Shown: piece after piece, positions 50,564-60,352 of the stretch
Layout of the letters: each line of letters starts with the position of its first letter
Position numbering within the stretch: the stretch's first letter is position 1
Source: an uncultured archaeon
Lineage (GTDB): Archaea; Asgardarchaeota; Lokiarchaeia; Sigyniarchaeales; SOKP01
NCBI GenBank assembly: GCA_964388035.1
Contig: CAYLZE010000008.1
Location: forward strand, 3,176-67,175
Direction: 5' to 3'
DNA length: 64,000 bases
Position numbers and translations under genes: made by a program
The notes under the pieces: model-generated
What the model was told of the DNA's origin: nothing
Seen by the model: only the letters and a program-made list of their open reading frames with translations
Database searches by the model: none

Positions 50564-51826
50564 TTGAAAGGGTTAATAAGAATGCTATTATATGAAAATA
50601 AAAAGAAGAAATTTTTACGAATACTCCAAATCGGGATAAATCCCTTTCAAAAATTTGTATCTACAGGAGAAATCAAGGAAACCCTTGGAATGGTTCCCTC
50701 AAGGAAAGATTTTATGGATGCAATCATAGATCTTATCGAGAGTAATGAAAATTTCATTCTCCCAATCATTGGAGATACTGGAAGAGGAAAGACCCACTTG
50801 TTCTGGGCATTACGAAATGAATTAACCTACAATTATATCGTCCATATTTCCCCAGAGAATCTTTATCGCAAGTTTTATTATAATATATATTCCGAATTCA
50901 TAGAAACTTTAGGGATAAATGTGCTACGAAGTATAACAAATCAATTATGTAATCAATGGGGCGCCCTGGAGAGAAAATTTGGATTTTTTTATTTAGCCGA
51001 TATAGAGAAAGTGCGAAAGATGGCTTTTAACACGTTAGAATCGCAATTTAAAAATAAGGAAGCCTTAAAGGATGTCATTCAAACCATAACTTCTCATCAA
51101 TTAGATCCTTATAGAAGGTTGGATGCGGAAAATTGGTTATTAGGGAATATCATGGATTTCAAAGAGCTTTCAATGTTAAACGTGCAAAATGATCTAAGTA
51201 AAAGTATCTATGCCTATACCATGTTAAAATTATTGATCGAAAATGCAAAACTTGAAAGTATTGTTTTCATTGACGATTTTGATCGAATTCTCTCTCTTTT
51301 AAAATTCGAAGAAGAAGTGGAAGAAGTTTTCGATCCAAGTTGGTTATATGGCAAAAATGAAGAACAATCTATTTCCAGAAGTAACACCATCATGAAAGTT
51401 ATTGATAAGATTTCTGAATTAGTGCAGATACAGGGGTTAAAGTGCATTATAACTCTCCGGTCTCTGGATGCTCTTGAACAAATTAAGGAATTATTCAGCA
51501 AAACACATTTAGAAACCTTATCTCTCTTTAAACAACCCTTATTTTTGACAGATTTTAACAGAAATGATATTTTTTATTTTTATAGAGAGTATATAAAAAT
51601 CTTTTTGGACGATATTGGGTTTCCAGAATTATTAGATTTGAATACAGATCCATACTATCCTCTTACTGAAAAAATCCTTCATGACTTTTTTTCAATTTCC
51701 CAAGGAAATCCAAGAAATGTAATTAAGACATTAATCAACATTTTTAACGAAATAATCATGAGTAATGAAAGTCTTGAAGATATTATCGCAAATTATGAAA
51801 AAATAGCTCATCCTAAATCGTTTTGA
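50564..51826 (+). CDS. P-loop AAA+ ATPase with helical insertion
   Basis: Walker A GDTGRGKT, Walker B IVFIDDFD, sensor-2-like GNPR. Confidence 0.8.
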   Translation: MKGLIRMLLYENKKKKFLRILQIGINPFQKFVSTGEIKETLGMVPSRKDFMDAIIDLIESNENFILPIIGDTGRGKTHLFWALRNELTYNYIVHISPENLYRKFYYNIYSEFIETLGINVLRSITNQLCNQWGALERKFGFFYLADIEKVRKMAFNTLESQFKNKEALKDVIQTITSHQLDPYRRLDAENWLLGNIMDFKELSMLNVQNDLSKSIYAYTMLKLLIENAKLESIVFIDDFDRILSLLKFEEEVEEVFDPSWLYGKNEEQSISRSNTIMKVIDKISELVQIQGLKCIITLRSLDALEQIKELFSKTHLETLSLFKQPLFLTDFNRNDIFYFYREYIKIFLDDIGFPELLDLNTDPYYPLTEKILHDFFSISQGNPRNVIKTLINIFNEIIMSNESLEDIIANYEKIAHPKSF

Positions 51827-52556
51827 GGAATATCTTGATGTAAATGTCTATTTCATTCAAGATCATTTCTTTAACCTCCTTTTCCCATTTCGCATTCTCA
51901 ACCAGCAACTTGAAGGAATTTAATGATCCGAATTTTAATGGATTATCAAATATAATAACAAGAAGCTTACGTATCATTCTTTTATTTAATTTTTTACGAA
52001 ATTCAGCTTCATTTAAAATATCGAATAAGGCCTTTTCCTCCTTTACATGCTCATTAATTATCTTAGAAGTAAGCTCCCCAATTCTTGAATTATTATCTTC
52101 CAATAAAAGAATGATATCCTTTAAAAGTTCATTATTGATCTCTTTTAAATTACTTATAAAATTAAGAGCACTGATTCTGATTAAGTCATAATCCTCCTTC
52201 AAACTAACTTGGAATAATGACATGTTTTGATCTGAAATGGGATTCATATCCGAAATCTTATCTAATGCTTGAATTATCTCATTTCGAATCCATCTATCGG
52301 AGTTAAAATAAGAATCATTAAGATAATCGATGTATTTTTTTGGAAGTTTTTCTTTTTGTCCAATATTCCCTAGTAGATAAATTATATTTATCTTTACTTT
52401 TTCAAGGAATGAAGAATTGAAAGAGCTTATTAAAAAATCTATTACTTGTAAGTGATCTGAGCTAGCATCTTGCCCTAAAGTGAGTAAGACATCATTAATC
52501 TTTTCAGGGTTTTTCTCTTTCTTAATGCTTTTCAATATTTCATCTAGTGATTTCAA
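51813..52556 (-). CDS. HEAT/ARM-like alpha-solenoid protein
   Basis: Repeats of type VKINIIYLLGNIG, WIRNEIIQALDKI, IRISALNFI. Confidence 0.7.
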   Translation of the reverse strand: MKSLDEILKSIKKEKNPEKINDVLLTLGQDASSDHLQVIDFLISSFNSSFLEKVKINIIYLLGNIGQKEKLPKKYIDYLNDSYFNSDRWIRNEIIQALDKISDMNPISDQNMSLFQVSLKEDYDLIRISALNFISNLKEINNELLKDIILLLEDNNSRIGELTSKIINEHVKEEKALFDILNEAEFRKKLNKRMIRKLLVIIFDNPLKFGSLNSFKLLVENAKWEKEVKEMILNEIDIYIKIFLKTI

Positions 52557-52683
52557 GTTATCATTCCGAAATACGCATTGATCAATATTAATGCTTCATG
52601 CTTTATATTTCATTCATGTAGAAATGGAGTACTGAAGAAAATGCAACGTAAATAAACCAAGATAATGGCGCTTGATGGCGGAA

Positions 52684-52932
52684 TCAACGCTTAATTTTCT
52701 TCCGAAAATCTAGTACATCTTCATTTATATCTAAAACAATATAGTTCTTCACTCTTTGAGCAATGGCGTGTAAATAATCCCATTCTGCATCAATGAAGTT
52801 TCCACATGATGAACAATATGGACTTGCTGAACTACTGGGTTTGTAAATTTTTTGCATTAGAGGTTTAAAACAATATGGACATTTTTCTGGATAAGCATCG
52901 ATTATTTTTTGAATTTTCGCAAGTTCATCCAT
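52684..52932 (-). CDS. Small zinc-ribbon protein
   Basis: CPYC...CSSC; GGTGA RBS 6 nt upstream of ATG. Confidence 0.65.
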   Translation of the reverse strand: MDELAKIQKIIDAYPEKCPYCFKPLMQKIYKPSSSASPYCSSCGNFIDAEWDYLHAIAQRVKNYIVLDINEDVLDFRKKIKR

Positions 52933-53029
52933 TTTTTGTCACCTTTTTAGGAACAATTCATTGAATGAATATTATTATTTATAAATTAAAAATGGATTTA
53001 TTATTATTTAAAGAAATTTCTTATTTTTT

Positions 53030-53773
53030 TCATTTAATTCTATTACCTACAACTCCGACGTATAATGCGATCTCTTCTTTTCCATCAATACCTAATATCG
53101 TATTTAATTCGTCATCATAAATTGCTCCTATCGTGCAAGCCCCCAGATTTAATGCTTCCGCAACTAAATAAAAGTTTTGTGCGATATGTCCGCAATCTAG
53201 ATAAAGATAGCGATAGCATCTCTGTAAATATTTCCATTTAGAGCGTTCAATCATGGCGGTCCATATTACATTCACGGCAGATTTATATGCCATTTTTTGA
53301 TCTAAACAAGCTTTTGCAACATCCAAGCTAAAATCCCCTATTTTAATCAGTTCAAGAGCATGATCTGAGATATTATAATGGTAAATCCCTTTTTTCAAGT
53401 CAACAACATTATTGCTTGTTATATAAACCTCAATAGGATACAATCCTCCTGCAGAAGGGCTTACGCGAAAAGAGAATTGGGGATATACTCTTGTTATGCC
53501 CGTCATTCCAAATAATAAGAGACTTAATTGCATCAAAGTGAGAGGCTCACTGGAAAAATTTCTTGTTGAGTGCCGATTGATCAACACGGTCCAAAAATCT
53601 TTCTTATCATTGAATTCAGTGAATTCAGGTCTTGGTAATTGAATAGTATCTAAAGCATCTTTATAAACTTTATATGGCGCAGGTTGATGCTCCCAATCTA
53701 ACTGATGTCTTGGTAATCTGCCCCTATGATACTTGGACTTTTCTTGGAAATTATCCCCATAATTTTCATTCAT
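53030..53773 (-). CDS. SagB/ThcOx-family nitroreductase-like dehydrogenase
   Basis: RHSTRNFS, R.SPSAGGLYPIE, GIYHY, KY..R.YRY..LDCGHIAQN. Confidence 0.92.
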   Translation of the reverse strand: MNENYGDNFQEKSKYHRGRLPRHQLDWEHQPAPYKVYKDALDTIQLPRPEFTEFNDKKDFWTVLINRHSTRNFSSEPLTLMQLSLLLFGMTGITRVYPQFSFRVSPSAGGLYPIEVYITSNNVVDLKKGIYHYNISDHALELIKIGDFSLDVAKACLDQKMAYKSAVNVIWTAMIERSKWKYLQRCYRYLYLDCGHIAQNFYLVAEALNLGACTIGAIYDDELNTILGIDGKEEIALYVGVVGNRIK

Positions 53774-54013
53774 TGAGAATTATATTCCAAGAATACAATA
53801 AAAATTTTAATTTAATGAATTATAATTTAGCTGATCTTCTCATGTCCTTAATCCGGAATATAAATAATGACAAATGAATGAGAAAAAATTATAAAAAAAT
53901 TATTATATTGTAAGAATTTATCCTAAAATCACAAGCATTTTCATTCAATTTAAATTTCATTAACACAACAATGGGATTTAGAATTAATCGTTTTGAATTA
54001 AAGTAAAAAAAAA

Positions 54014-54667
54014 TCAAACAAACAGTATCTTATCATCTTTTATTTTTTGAATAAATTCTCCTAACCACTCCAGTCTTGCTAAAAGTTCTTTATATGGTCG
54101 TTCAAAAAGTGCTAAAAGATTATTTAGAACTGGTTTCAATTCTTCTGTTATTAAAAAATGCCCCGCTATATCACCTTTTTTTCCCCTCTTTAATCCATCG
54201 ACGTATGATTTTAGAGAATCAATACTCTTTTTTGTCATTAATGCGTAATTTTCTAAAGAATTAATTGCTTTTTGTTTACTTAATAATCCAATATACCCAA
54301 TAGCTAAATCAAAGGGATTTTTTAAAATAATAGGTGTTGATAAGAAACGTTCCATATGATCCAGTAAGGCTCTTTCTCCATTTTCAGTAGAAAAATATTT
54401 TTTTATTCTTCTTTGATTTGCTACATCCTCTTCTGAAATTAAATAACCATATTCTTCCAAGCGATTCAAGCAATTATACACCGTGGAATACTGGATATCA
54501 ACCCATGTTGGATATTTTGCTTCCCTCATTTCAGAAATTATTTCTTTACCTGTTATCCCATCAAACCTATCCATGGATTTCCGAGAAATAATAATACCTA
54601 AAATAGCTACATCACTAATAGGGAGTTCATCGGGAGGGGTTTTGATTGATTTATGCTTATCATTCAA
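54014..54667 (-). CDS. PadR-family transcriptional regulator
   Basis: AILGII...G.EI...W.DI.YSTVY..L.RLE..GY...KKYF.T..G. Confidence 0.82.
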   Translation of the reverse strand: MNDKHKSIKTPPDELPISDVAILGIIISRKSMDRFDGITGKEIISEMREAKYPTWVDIQYSTVYNCLNRLEEYGYLISEEDVANQRRIKKYFSTENGERALLDHMERFLSTPIILKNPFDLAIGYIGLLSKQKAINSLENYALMTKKSIDSLKSYVDGLKRGKKGDIAGHFLITEELKPVLNNLLALFERPYKELLARLEWLGEFIQKIKDDKILFV

Positions 54668-54733
54668 GAATATAATTCACAGTTTTATTTATAATTGAAA
54701 ATAATTTTACTTTTTAATTAAAAAAAAACCTGT

Positions 54734-55195
54734 TTATTCTAATAATAAGTTAATTTCTGTTTGCCACTTATTCTGATCCGGTTCCTTATGAGGATCAGTT
54801 AAATAAACTTCCCACCAAATATTTGTATATTTATAGCCTTCTTTCTGAATCCACTCTTTCATGATATCATATATTTTAGAAATCTTTCGAAGCTTACCGG
54901 TATATATATAATAAGCCGTCTTCCCACTGGGAAGATTACTCGATTCAATCTCTCCTTCTGGTGTTATGGGTTCTGAAATGGGCATTCCTACCTCTATTTC
55001 TCCTTTACCTTTTTCAAAACCATAATAAATAGCAAGTGGGGCTCCAATGGGTTGAATCCTCTTTTCCTCTAAGAAAGAAAATAATTTCATCATTAATTTA
55101 GGAAATACTTTTGGTATTTGCCATGCTTTTATCTTCTTTTTAATAGACGCAATAGGTTGAGATTCTAATTCTCTCAGTTCTACCTTATCGTTCAT
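54734..55195 (-). CDS. GyrI-like small-molecule-binding domain protein
   Basis: G.P.AIY, EVG.P, LPSG..A...YTG, Y..M.EWI, WEVYLTDP, TEI; ATG 55195 follows a GGTGG RBS (track start 55222). Confidence 0.88.
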   Translation of the reverse strand: MNDKVELRELESQPIASIKKKIKAWQIPKVFPKLMMKLFSFLEEKRIQPIGAPLAIYYGFEKGKGEIEVGMPISEPITPEGEIESSNLPSGKTAYYIYTGKLRKISKIYDIMKEWIQKEGYKYTNIWWEVYLTDPHKEPDQNKWQTEINLLLE

Positions 55196-55270
55196 TTTTC
55201 CACCTTTCAAATTTTTTTTCATTACACTTCTAATTTATAAAAAAATCAAATTCCTTATTTTTTAATGCTG

Positions 55271-55298
55271 GATCCATCATTGGATCTATATTTAGATC
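55271..55298. promoter_or_regulatory. Overlapping palindromic operators GATCYA-N4-TRGATC upstream of the gyrI-like/padR operon
   Basis: GATCCAtcatTGGATC at 55271-55286 and GATCTAtattTAGATC at 55283-55298. Confidence 0.6.
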
Positions 55299-55437
55299 GA
55301 AATAATCTTCCTATTTAAATTTGATTAATCTAACTTTTCCCTATACTCCTCAGTTAAAAATAGGTTTTTGAATAACTCATATCCCTTTAATAAAAATTTA
55401 ATAAAAAGTATTAAAATGATTTTAGTTTTTTTTTCTC

Positions 55438-55803
55438 ATGAATGAAAAGATGAGTTTAAAAGATTTATTCATATCATGGGAATCTTTTAATTCAAACATT
55501 TCAGAATCATTTAATTCATTAGATTTTTCCAGCGTGAGGGACGTGCGAAATAAACAAAGAGAAATTGAGGATATAATTTACGCTTCCCTATTGGAAAATG
55601 CTCCTGAAGATTTAAAGCAAATTCTTCCGGAAGATTGCGGAGAAATGGAAATTGGGTATGATATAGGCAATGAGAAATTTTACTTTTTAATGGAGGATCC
55701 TTTTTCCGATCCTGAAGAAGAGGAATTAAAAATTTTAGCAATCACTATAGATACTGACAGTAAAGTGGAGACAATAAAGGATTTTCACGTTGATGAAGAT
55801 TAA
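55438..55803 (+). CDS. Hypothetical acidic protein
   Basis: 121-aa ORF with normal codon usage; no motif recognised. Confidence 0.65.
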   Translation: MNEKMSLKDLFISWESFNSNISESFNSLDFSSVRDVRNKQREIEDIIYASLLENAPEDLKQILPEDCGEMEIGYDIGNEKFYFLMEDPFSDPEEEELKILAITIDTDSKVETIKDFHVDED

Positions 55804-56539
55804 TTCCTTAATCTCTCTCATAATTATAAGTATAAAAGAAAATAATACCCTAGAACGCACTCATTCCTATAGAATTGTAAATTCAAGGATTAATTTTAAA
55901 ATCTTACTTATTTTACTTATTCCCTTGAAATTATTTTATTATAATATTGAATCCATGAGGAATTCAAAGCAATTAAACAAAAAACTTGTCGAGTCCTCAC
56001 ACTTAAATTAATAACTAATTTTTTTTTAATTCAAAGGATAAAATCTAGATTTAATTAAAAAAGGAGGAGCATGAAACGAGAAAATGTAAATATTACTCTG
56101 CTTGCATGTATCATGATTCCGAGAGTATTACCTGCAGAAAATTAAGCGGTGAAGGGTGCGGTAAAAAAAAAGAATTTGATGATTATTCATACTCAAAACA
56201 TGGAAAAGAAATCTCGATTAATAGAGAAAAACAATCAATATCACTTTTATTCGATATTTAATTATTTTTCAAAAATTTTCTCTTTTCTTTCGCATCCCAA
56301 TTCATTGAATAAATCACTTTATTTTTCTTAATTTTTAATATAATAGCAATACTTTATAGGATTCATGAGCATGAACGATTAAGAAATGATTCCACTAACC
56401 ATGTTTTCCAATTTAATTATTTATTATTAAAAATAGCAGGTAAATTATTTAATGGATAGAAGGGGAAAAAAAAATTTTAATAGTTATTTTATTAAACAAT
56501 GCTTCTACTCAAAATGAGAGAGATTTCATTATCAAACGG

Positions 56540-58069
56540 TCAAAATTTATCGGAATCCTCATACCAGTCAGGAAACCACTGATAATACTCCTTGGGAAAA
56601 GCTTCTTGCAATCCTTTATAAGAAGCTTTAACTAGATCGATTTTTCCTTGTCGATCTTTATGGGTCACTACTTTCATACTTTCCTCTAAGTTTTCCACAA
56701 CCTTTCTTACTGCAGACCTGCTTCCACCTATATCTTCTCTAATATCGTCCAATGTCATGTATAAGCCGGGATTTACTTTATAATCATGCGCAATTACTTT
56801 TAAAATATTTTCCTCGTTAACTTCTAAACCATTAAATTTAGAAGGCTTGCTTGATACAAGAGGAGCATTAACTTCATCATTCCATCGCAAACGGATAGGC
56901 TTTGTAAAGAAAGGTAACATTGAGGAAAACCTGTAAATAATCATCTTTTGGACTTCCGTAGTACCCGCAACGATTTCTCCGATCTTTCCCTCTCTGACGA
57001 TACGTTCCGCGGGATAAAACTTGGTTAATCCATCTCCCCCCATTACCTGAACCGCCTTGAGACCTGCATCCCTCACATATTCACTAATCATCCATTTTGC
57101 AATGGAAGCATCAATCATGGGTTCTAGTCCATCGTCAAGTTGTTTTGCACAATTATATGAAAAAAGCCTGCCCATCCGATATTTTGCAACAATTTCAGCA
57201 ATTTCATTTTGGATTCCTGGGAATTGGCTCGTGGCGCGATTAAATTGTATTCTCCTTTTGGTATAATGAAAGAGTAATTGAATTATATCTTTCATCACAC
57301 CTACATAGACCGCTCCCGCGATTAATCGCTCGAAATTAAGACCGGACATCATGACACTCCATCCTTTACCAATGGGTCCTATTCGGTTCTCATCGGGAAT
57401 ACGCACGTTTTCAAAACTTAAATATGCGTTAGGAACGTTATCAAATCCGACTAATGGATTAATTCGTTCTAAAGAAAATCCGGGGGTTCCTTTTTCTACA
57501 ATGAAGGACGTGATATGACCATATTCCTTTCGCGTAGCAGGATCTTCGCTCGTTTTTGCATAAATGAAGTATCTATCAGACACTCCCCCCCCAGTAATAT
57601 ACCGTTTTTTACCATTTATCACCCACTCATCTCCTTCTTTTACGGCTGTTGTCATGACATTAGCCGCATCTGAACCCGCAAAAGGTTCTGTAATGCATAC
57701 TGCGCCCAATTTCTTGCCACTAGCTAATTGTGGTAACCATTTTGCTTTTTGTTCCTCTGTAGCATACCTTAATAATTGTTCTAAACCTGCTAACATGCTG
57801 ACTACAAACACGTGCCCGACGGAATACAATCTTCCCAGTTGTTCTGCTACGATACAAGCTCCAGTTGCTCCTAATTCCAAGCCCCCATATTTTTTGGGAA
57901 TTCCAGCTCCAAAATATCCTTTATCAGCCACCTCACGAACAATGTCCCAAGGAAATTTCCGTTTCCAGAAGTATTTTTCAGCGTCTTCAAATTTCGCCTC
58001 TACGAATTGTTCTACTTCTTTCGCAATCGCTTTTTGATCTTCATTCCACCAGAAAAAAGCTTCGCTCAT
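56540..58069 (-). CDS. Acyl-CoA dehydrogenase with C-terminal winged-helix-like extension
   Basis: ITEP.AGSD, NG.K.YIT, GLNFERL, R.QF, GG.G, IVAGTTEVQK; about 120-aa tail with LDDIREDIGGSRSAVRKVVENLEE. Confidence 0.9.
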   Translation of the reverse strand: MSEAFFWWNEDQKAIAKEVEQFVEAKFEDAEKYFWKRKFPWDIVREVADKGYFGAGIPKKYGGLELGATGACIVAEQLGRLYSVGHVFVVSMLAGLEQLLRYATEEQKAKWLPQLASGKKLGAVCITEPFAGSDAANVMTTAVKEGDEWVINGKKRYITGGGVSDRYFIYAKTSEDPATRKEYGHITSFIVEKGTPGFSLERINPLVGFDNVPNAYLSFENVRIPDENRIGPIGKGWSVMMSGLNFERLIAGAVYVGVMKDIIQLLFHYTKRRIQFNRATSQFPGIQNEIAEIVAKYRMGRLFSYNCAKQLDDGLEPMIDASIAKWMISEYVRDAGLKAVQVMGGDGLTKFYPAERIVREGKIGEIVAGTTEVQKMIIYRFSSMLPFFTKPIRLRWNDEVNAPLVSSKPSKFNGLEVNEENILKVIAHDYKVNPGLYMTLDDIREDIGGSRSAVRKVVENLEESMKVVTHKDRQGKIDLVKASYKGLQEAFPKEYYQWFPDWYEDSDKF

Positions 58070-58279
58070 GCGAAAAAAAATATTGTAACTTTAATATACA
58101 TTATTAAATTGCATTGAACTTAATTTATTTCCCTTATCATTGACAATTAAATATGAGCTAACATGCCCGTATCCTAATGAAAAAGACTCTTAATTTGAGA
58201 ATAGGTATACATCATTGAACAAGTTTTATTGACATGTAAATCGATATTAATATCTGAAAATACATTAATAATGTAGATA

Positions 58280-58525
58280 ATGTCAATCTAAGTTGAATGT
58301 GATCTAGAAATTCTTGGAGGAAAACCTGTAATTAAGGGAACGAGAGTTCCTGTTTCGTTAATATATGAATTAATTGGTTCTAACTACACAATAGAAGAAA
58401 TATTTAAAGATTATACACGCTTTAATCGAGATGTGATTTTGAAACTACTTAAACTTGGAAAGGATGCAGTTAAAAATCTCTCTAACGTGGATATTAATAA
58501 GATAATTGCTCACGAGGTACAATAA
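58280..58525 (+). pseudogene. DUF433 antitoxin-like pseudogene (TAA at codon 4)
   Basis: MSI*VECDLEILGGKPVIKGTRVPVSLIYEL...TIEEIFKDY: DUF433 signature GGKP.IKGTR.PV. Confidence 0.85.
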
Positions 58526-58528
58526 TAC

Positions 58529-58618
58529 GTGAAGTTTTTGCTCGATGAACGCGTACCTTATTCAATGAAAGAAGTTAATCAACAACTTTTGAAAATAAAA
58601 CTCTTTTTTATGTATTGA
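58529..58618 (+). pseudogene. Truncated DUF5615 PIN-like toxin remnant
   Basis: GTG-KFLLDERVP matches the MKFLLDENV start of DUF5615; lies 3 nt after DUF433 with a GAGGT RBS; only 29 residues. Confidence 0.7.
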
Positions 58619-58801
58619 ACAAGATTCTTCAGCAAATAAAAATTAAAGATTTCAAATGATAAGATTTATTATATCCATTTTTTTTACTTCTTATAATTAG
58701 TTAAGAAATCAAATTTAATTGGAAGTGAGTCAACGATTTCTATTCCCTCTTCATTACGATTAGGAATAAGAACTACTAACACCCTTGTTAAGAAGCGATA
58801 T

Positions 58802-60352
58802 TTGATTGTCTATTTTTTATTATTAGTATTCAGTGCTCAACCGGCAATCGTTTATTTCTGGTTTTTTTGGCAATTGTTTCCTACTAACCTCAATCTTACC
58901 TTCTTTATCCTATTTCCATTCATATTCGTCTTAGGTATCATGATATTTATTTTAAGTTCCATTATCGTAGCAAAAATATTTTTATTAATTGTTAATGTAA
59001 TACATAAACCAAAAGAAGGCGTTTATGAAAGGACAAATCAAGATAAGGATTATTGTTATTGGAGTTTGAGAAATCTTATTAAAAAATGGCCTGCTTGGAT
59101 CTGCAGGCAACTTAATCTTCCTTTATTTGAAATTATAGCATTAAAAATTTTTGGGGTTAAAACTTCTTTTTCTAATGCCCTTCATGAGGCATGGATTGAT
59201 TCAGAATTTATTCAAATGGGGAAAAATGTAAAAGTAGGCCAAGGGAGCCTTGTAACCTCAACATTATTGGCTAAAAATAAGTTAATTCTTAAAAGAGTCA
59301 TTATTGGAGATAATGTAATAACGGGAATTCACTCTACAATCTTGCCCGGAACAATAATAGACTCTAACACGATTTTAGACACGAATTCTATGACCGCAGT
59401 AAATCAGCATTTGGAAGGAAAATCCGTGTATAGAGGTATACCCGCTGAGAAAATTTCACTCCCATCCAATCACCAACTATATCCAAGTTTAGAGCAACTT
59501 ATTTTTAAAAAATCAGAAGAAGAAATAAATTTTAATCAATTACTTAGCGCAGAGGGCAAAGAAATAAAAATACCTTTCATGTTTTACGTTTTAAGTGGGA
59601 TGATAATAATTGGAGGATCTTTCATTCTACCGGGATTTTTATTCGTACTCTTTTTCTTTGGGTTTCTAATTCCTGGATTCTTAACCACCACCTTTTCTTT
59701 CAGCTCTTTTTTAGAGATTAAAACTATTTTAATATTATTTTCGACTCCATTAATTTTTGTTGGACTTTATCTTTTGCATCTCTTTTTTATTGCCTTGATT
59801 ACCAGCTGGTTTTATATTTATGCAGATAAGTATGGTGCCGTGCAAGGAGTATTTGATAGGAATTTAGATGAAACATCGCGCGAAATAGACTATTATCACG
59901 TGCGTTCATTTCTTTTTAAATATCCTATTTTTTCCATAACTCGTTCACCTTTTCCCTGGTTATTGAATTGGGTATTAGCTCTTTGTAGATCTAATCAAAT
60001 AGGGAAAGGAACCGTATTAGAAGAAACCTTCATCCATAGTCATGTTGATTTCGAGGAAAATTGCTATTTGGGAACCATGGCCCATATGACAAACCATTTA
60101 GTAGACGGTGTATATGGGGAAGAGAACCTGACGTTTTTTGGAATTAAAGTAGGTAAAAATTCTGTACTTAATGCCCTCACGGGAGGATTACCAGGAACCG
60201 AAATTGGCCCTAATTCTACGTTATTACCGATGGCAACTACCGTGAAATACGATAAATTAGAAGGAAATGGCATTTATTCGGATTTTCCTATTAGACGAAT
60301 GGATGATGAAAAAATAAAGATGCTTTTAGGAGGAATATTAGATGACAAGTGA
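58802..60352 (+). CDS. Membrane protein with two (2TM + hexapeptide left-handed beta-helix) modules; Pls terminal-domain-like
   Basis: TM pairs followed by HKPKEGVY..DYCYW and IGDNV..G..S.ILPGT.I; second copy QGVFDR..DYY and VGKNS.L...LPGT.IG; frame is open upstream to 58697. Confidence 0.7.
   Translation: MIVYFLLLVFSAQPAIVYFWFFWQLFPTNLNLTFFILFPFIFVLGIMIFILSSIIVAKIFLLIVNVIHKPKEGVYERTNQDKDYCYWSLRNLIKKWPAWICRQLNLPLFEIIALKIFGVKTSFSNALHEAWIDSEFIQMGKNVKVGQGSLVTSTLLAKNKLILKRVIIGDNVITGIHSTILPGTIIDSNTILDTNSMTAVNQHLEGKSVYRGIPAEKISLPSNHQLYPSLEQLIFKKSEEEINFNQLLSAEGKEIKIPFMFYVLSGMIIIGGSFILPGFLFVLFFFGFLIPGFLTTTFSFSSFLEIKTILILFSTPLIFVGLYLLHLFFIALITSWFYIYADKYGAVQGVFDRNLDETSREIDYYHVRSFLFKYPIFSITRSPFPWLLNWVLALCRSNQIGKGTVLEETFIHSHVDFEENCYLGTMAHMTNHLVDGVYGEENLTFFGIKVGKNSVLNALTGGLPGTEIGPNSTLLPMATTVKYDKLEGNGIYSDFPIRRMDDEKIKMLLGGILDDK

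Noticed and set aside
53030-53773. SagB/ThcOx gene as a sign of a RiPP (azole) cluster
   Set aside because: No YcaO, precursor peptide or dedicated transporter adjacent; stand-alone SagB-like nitroreductases are common in archaea
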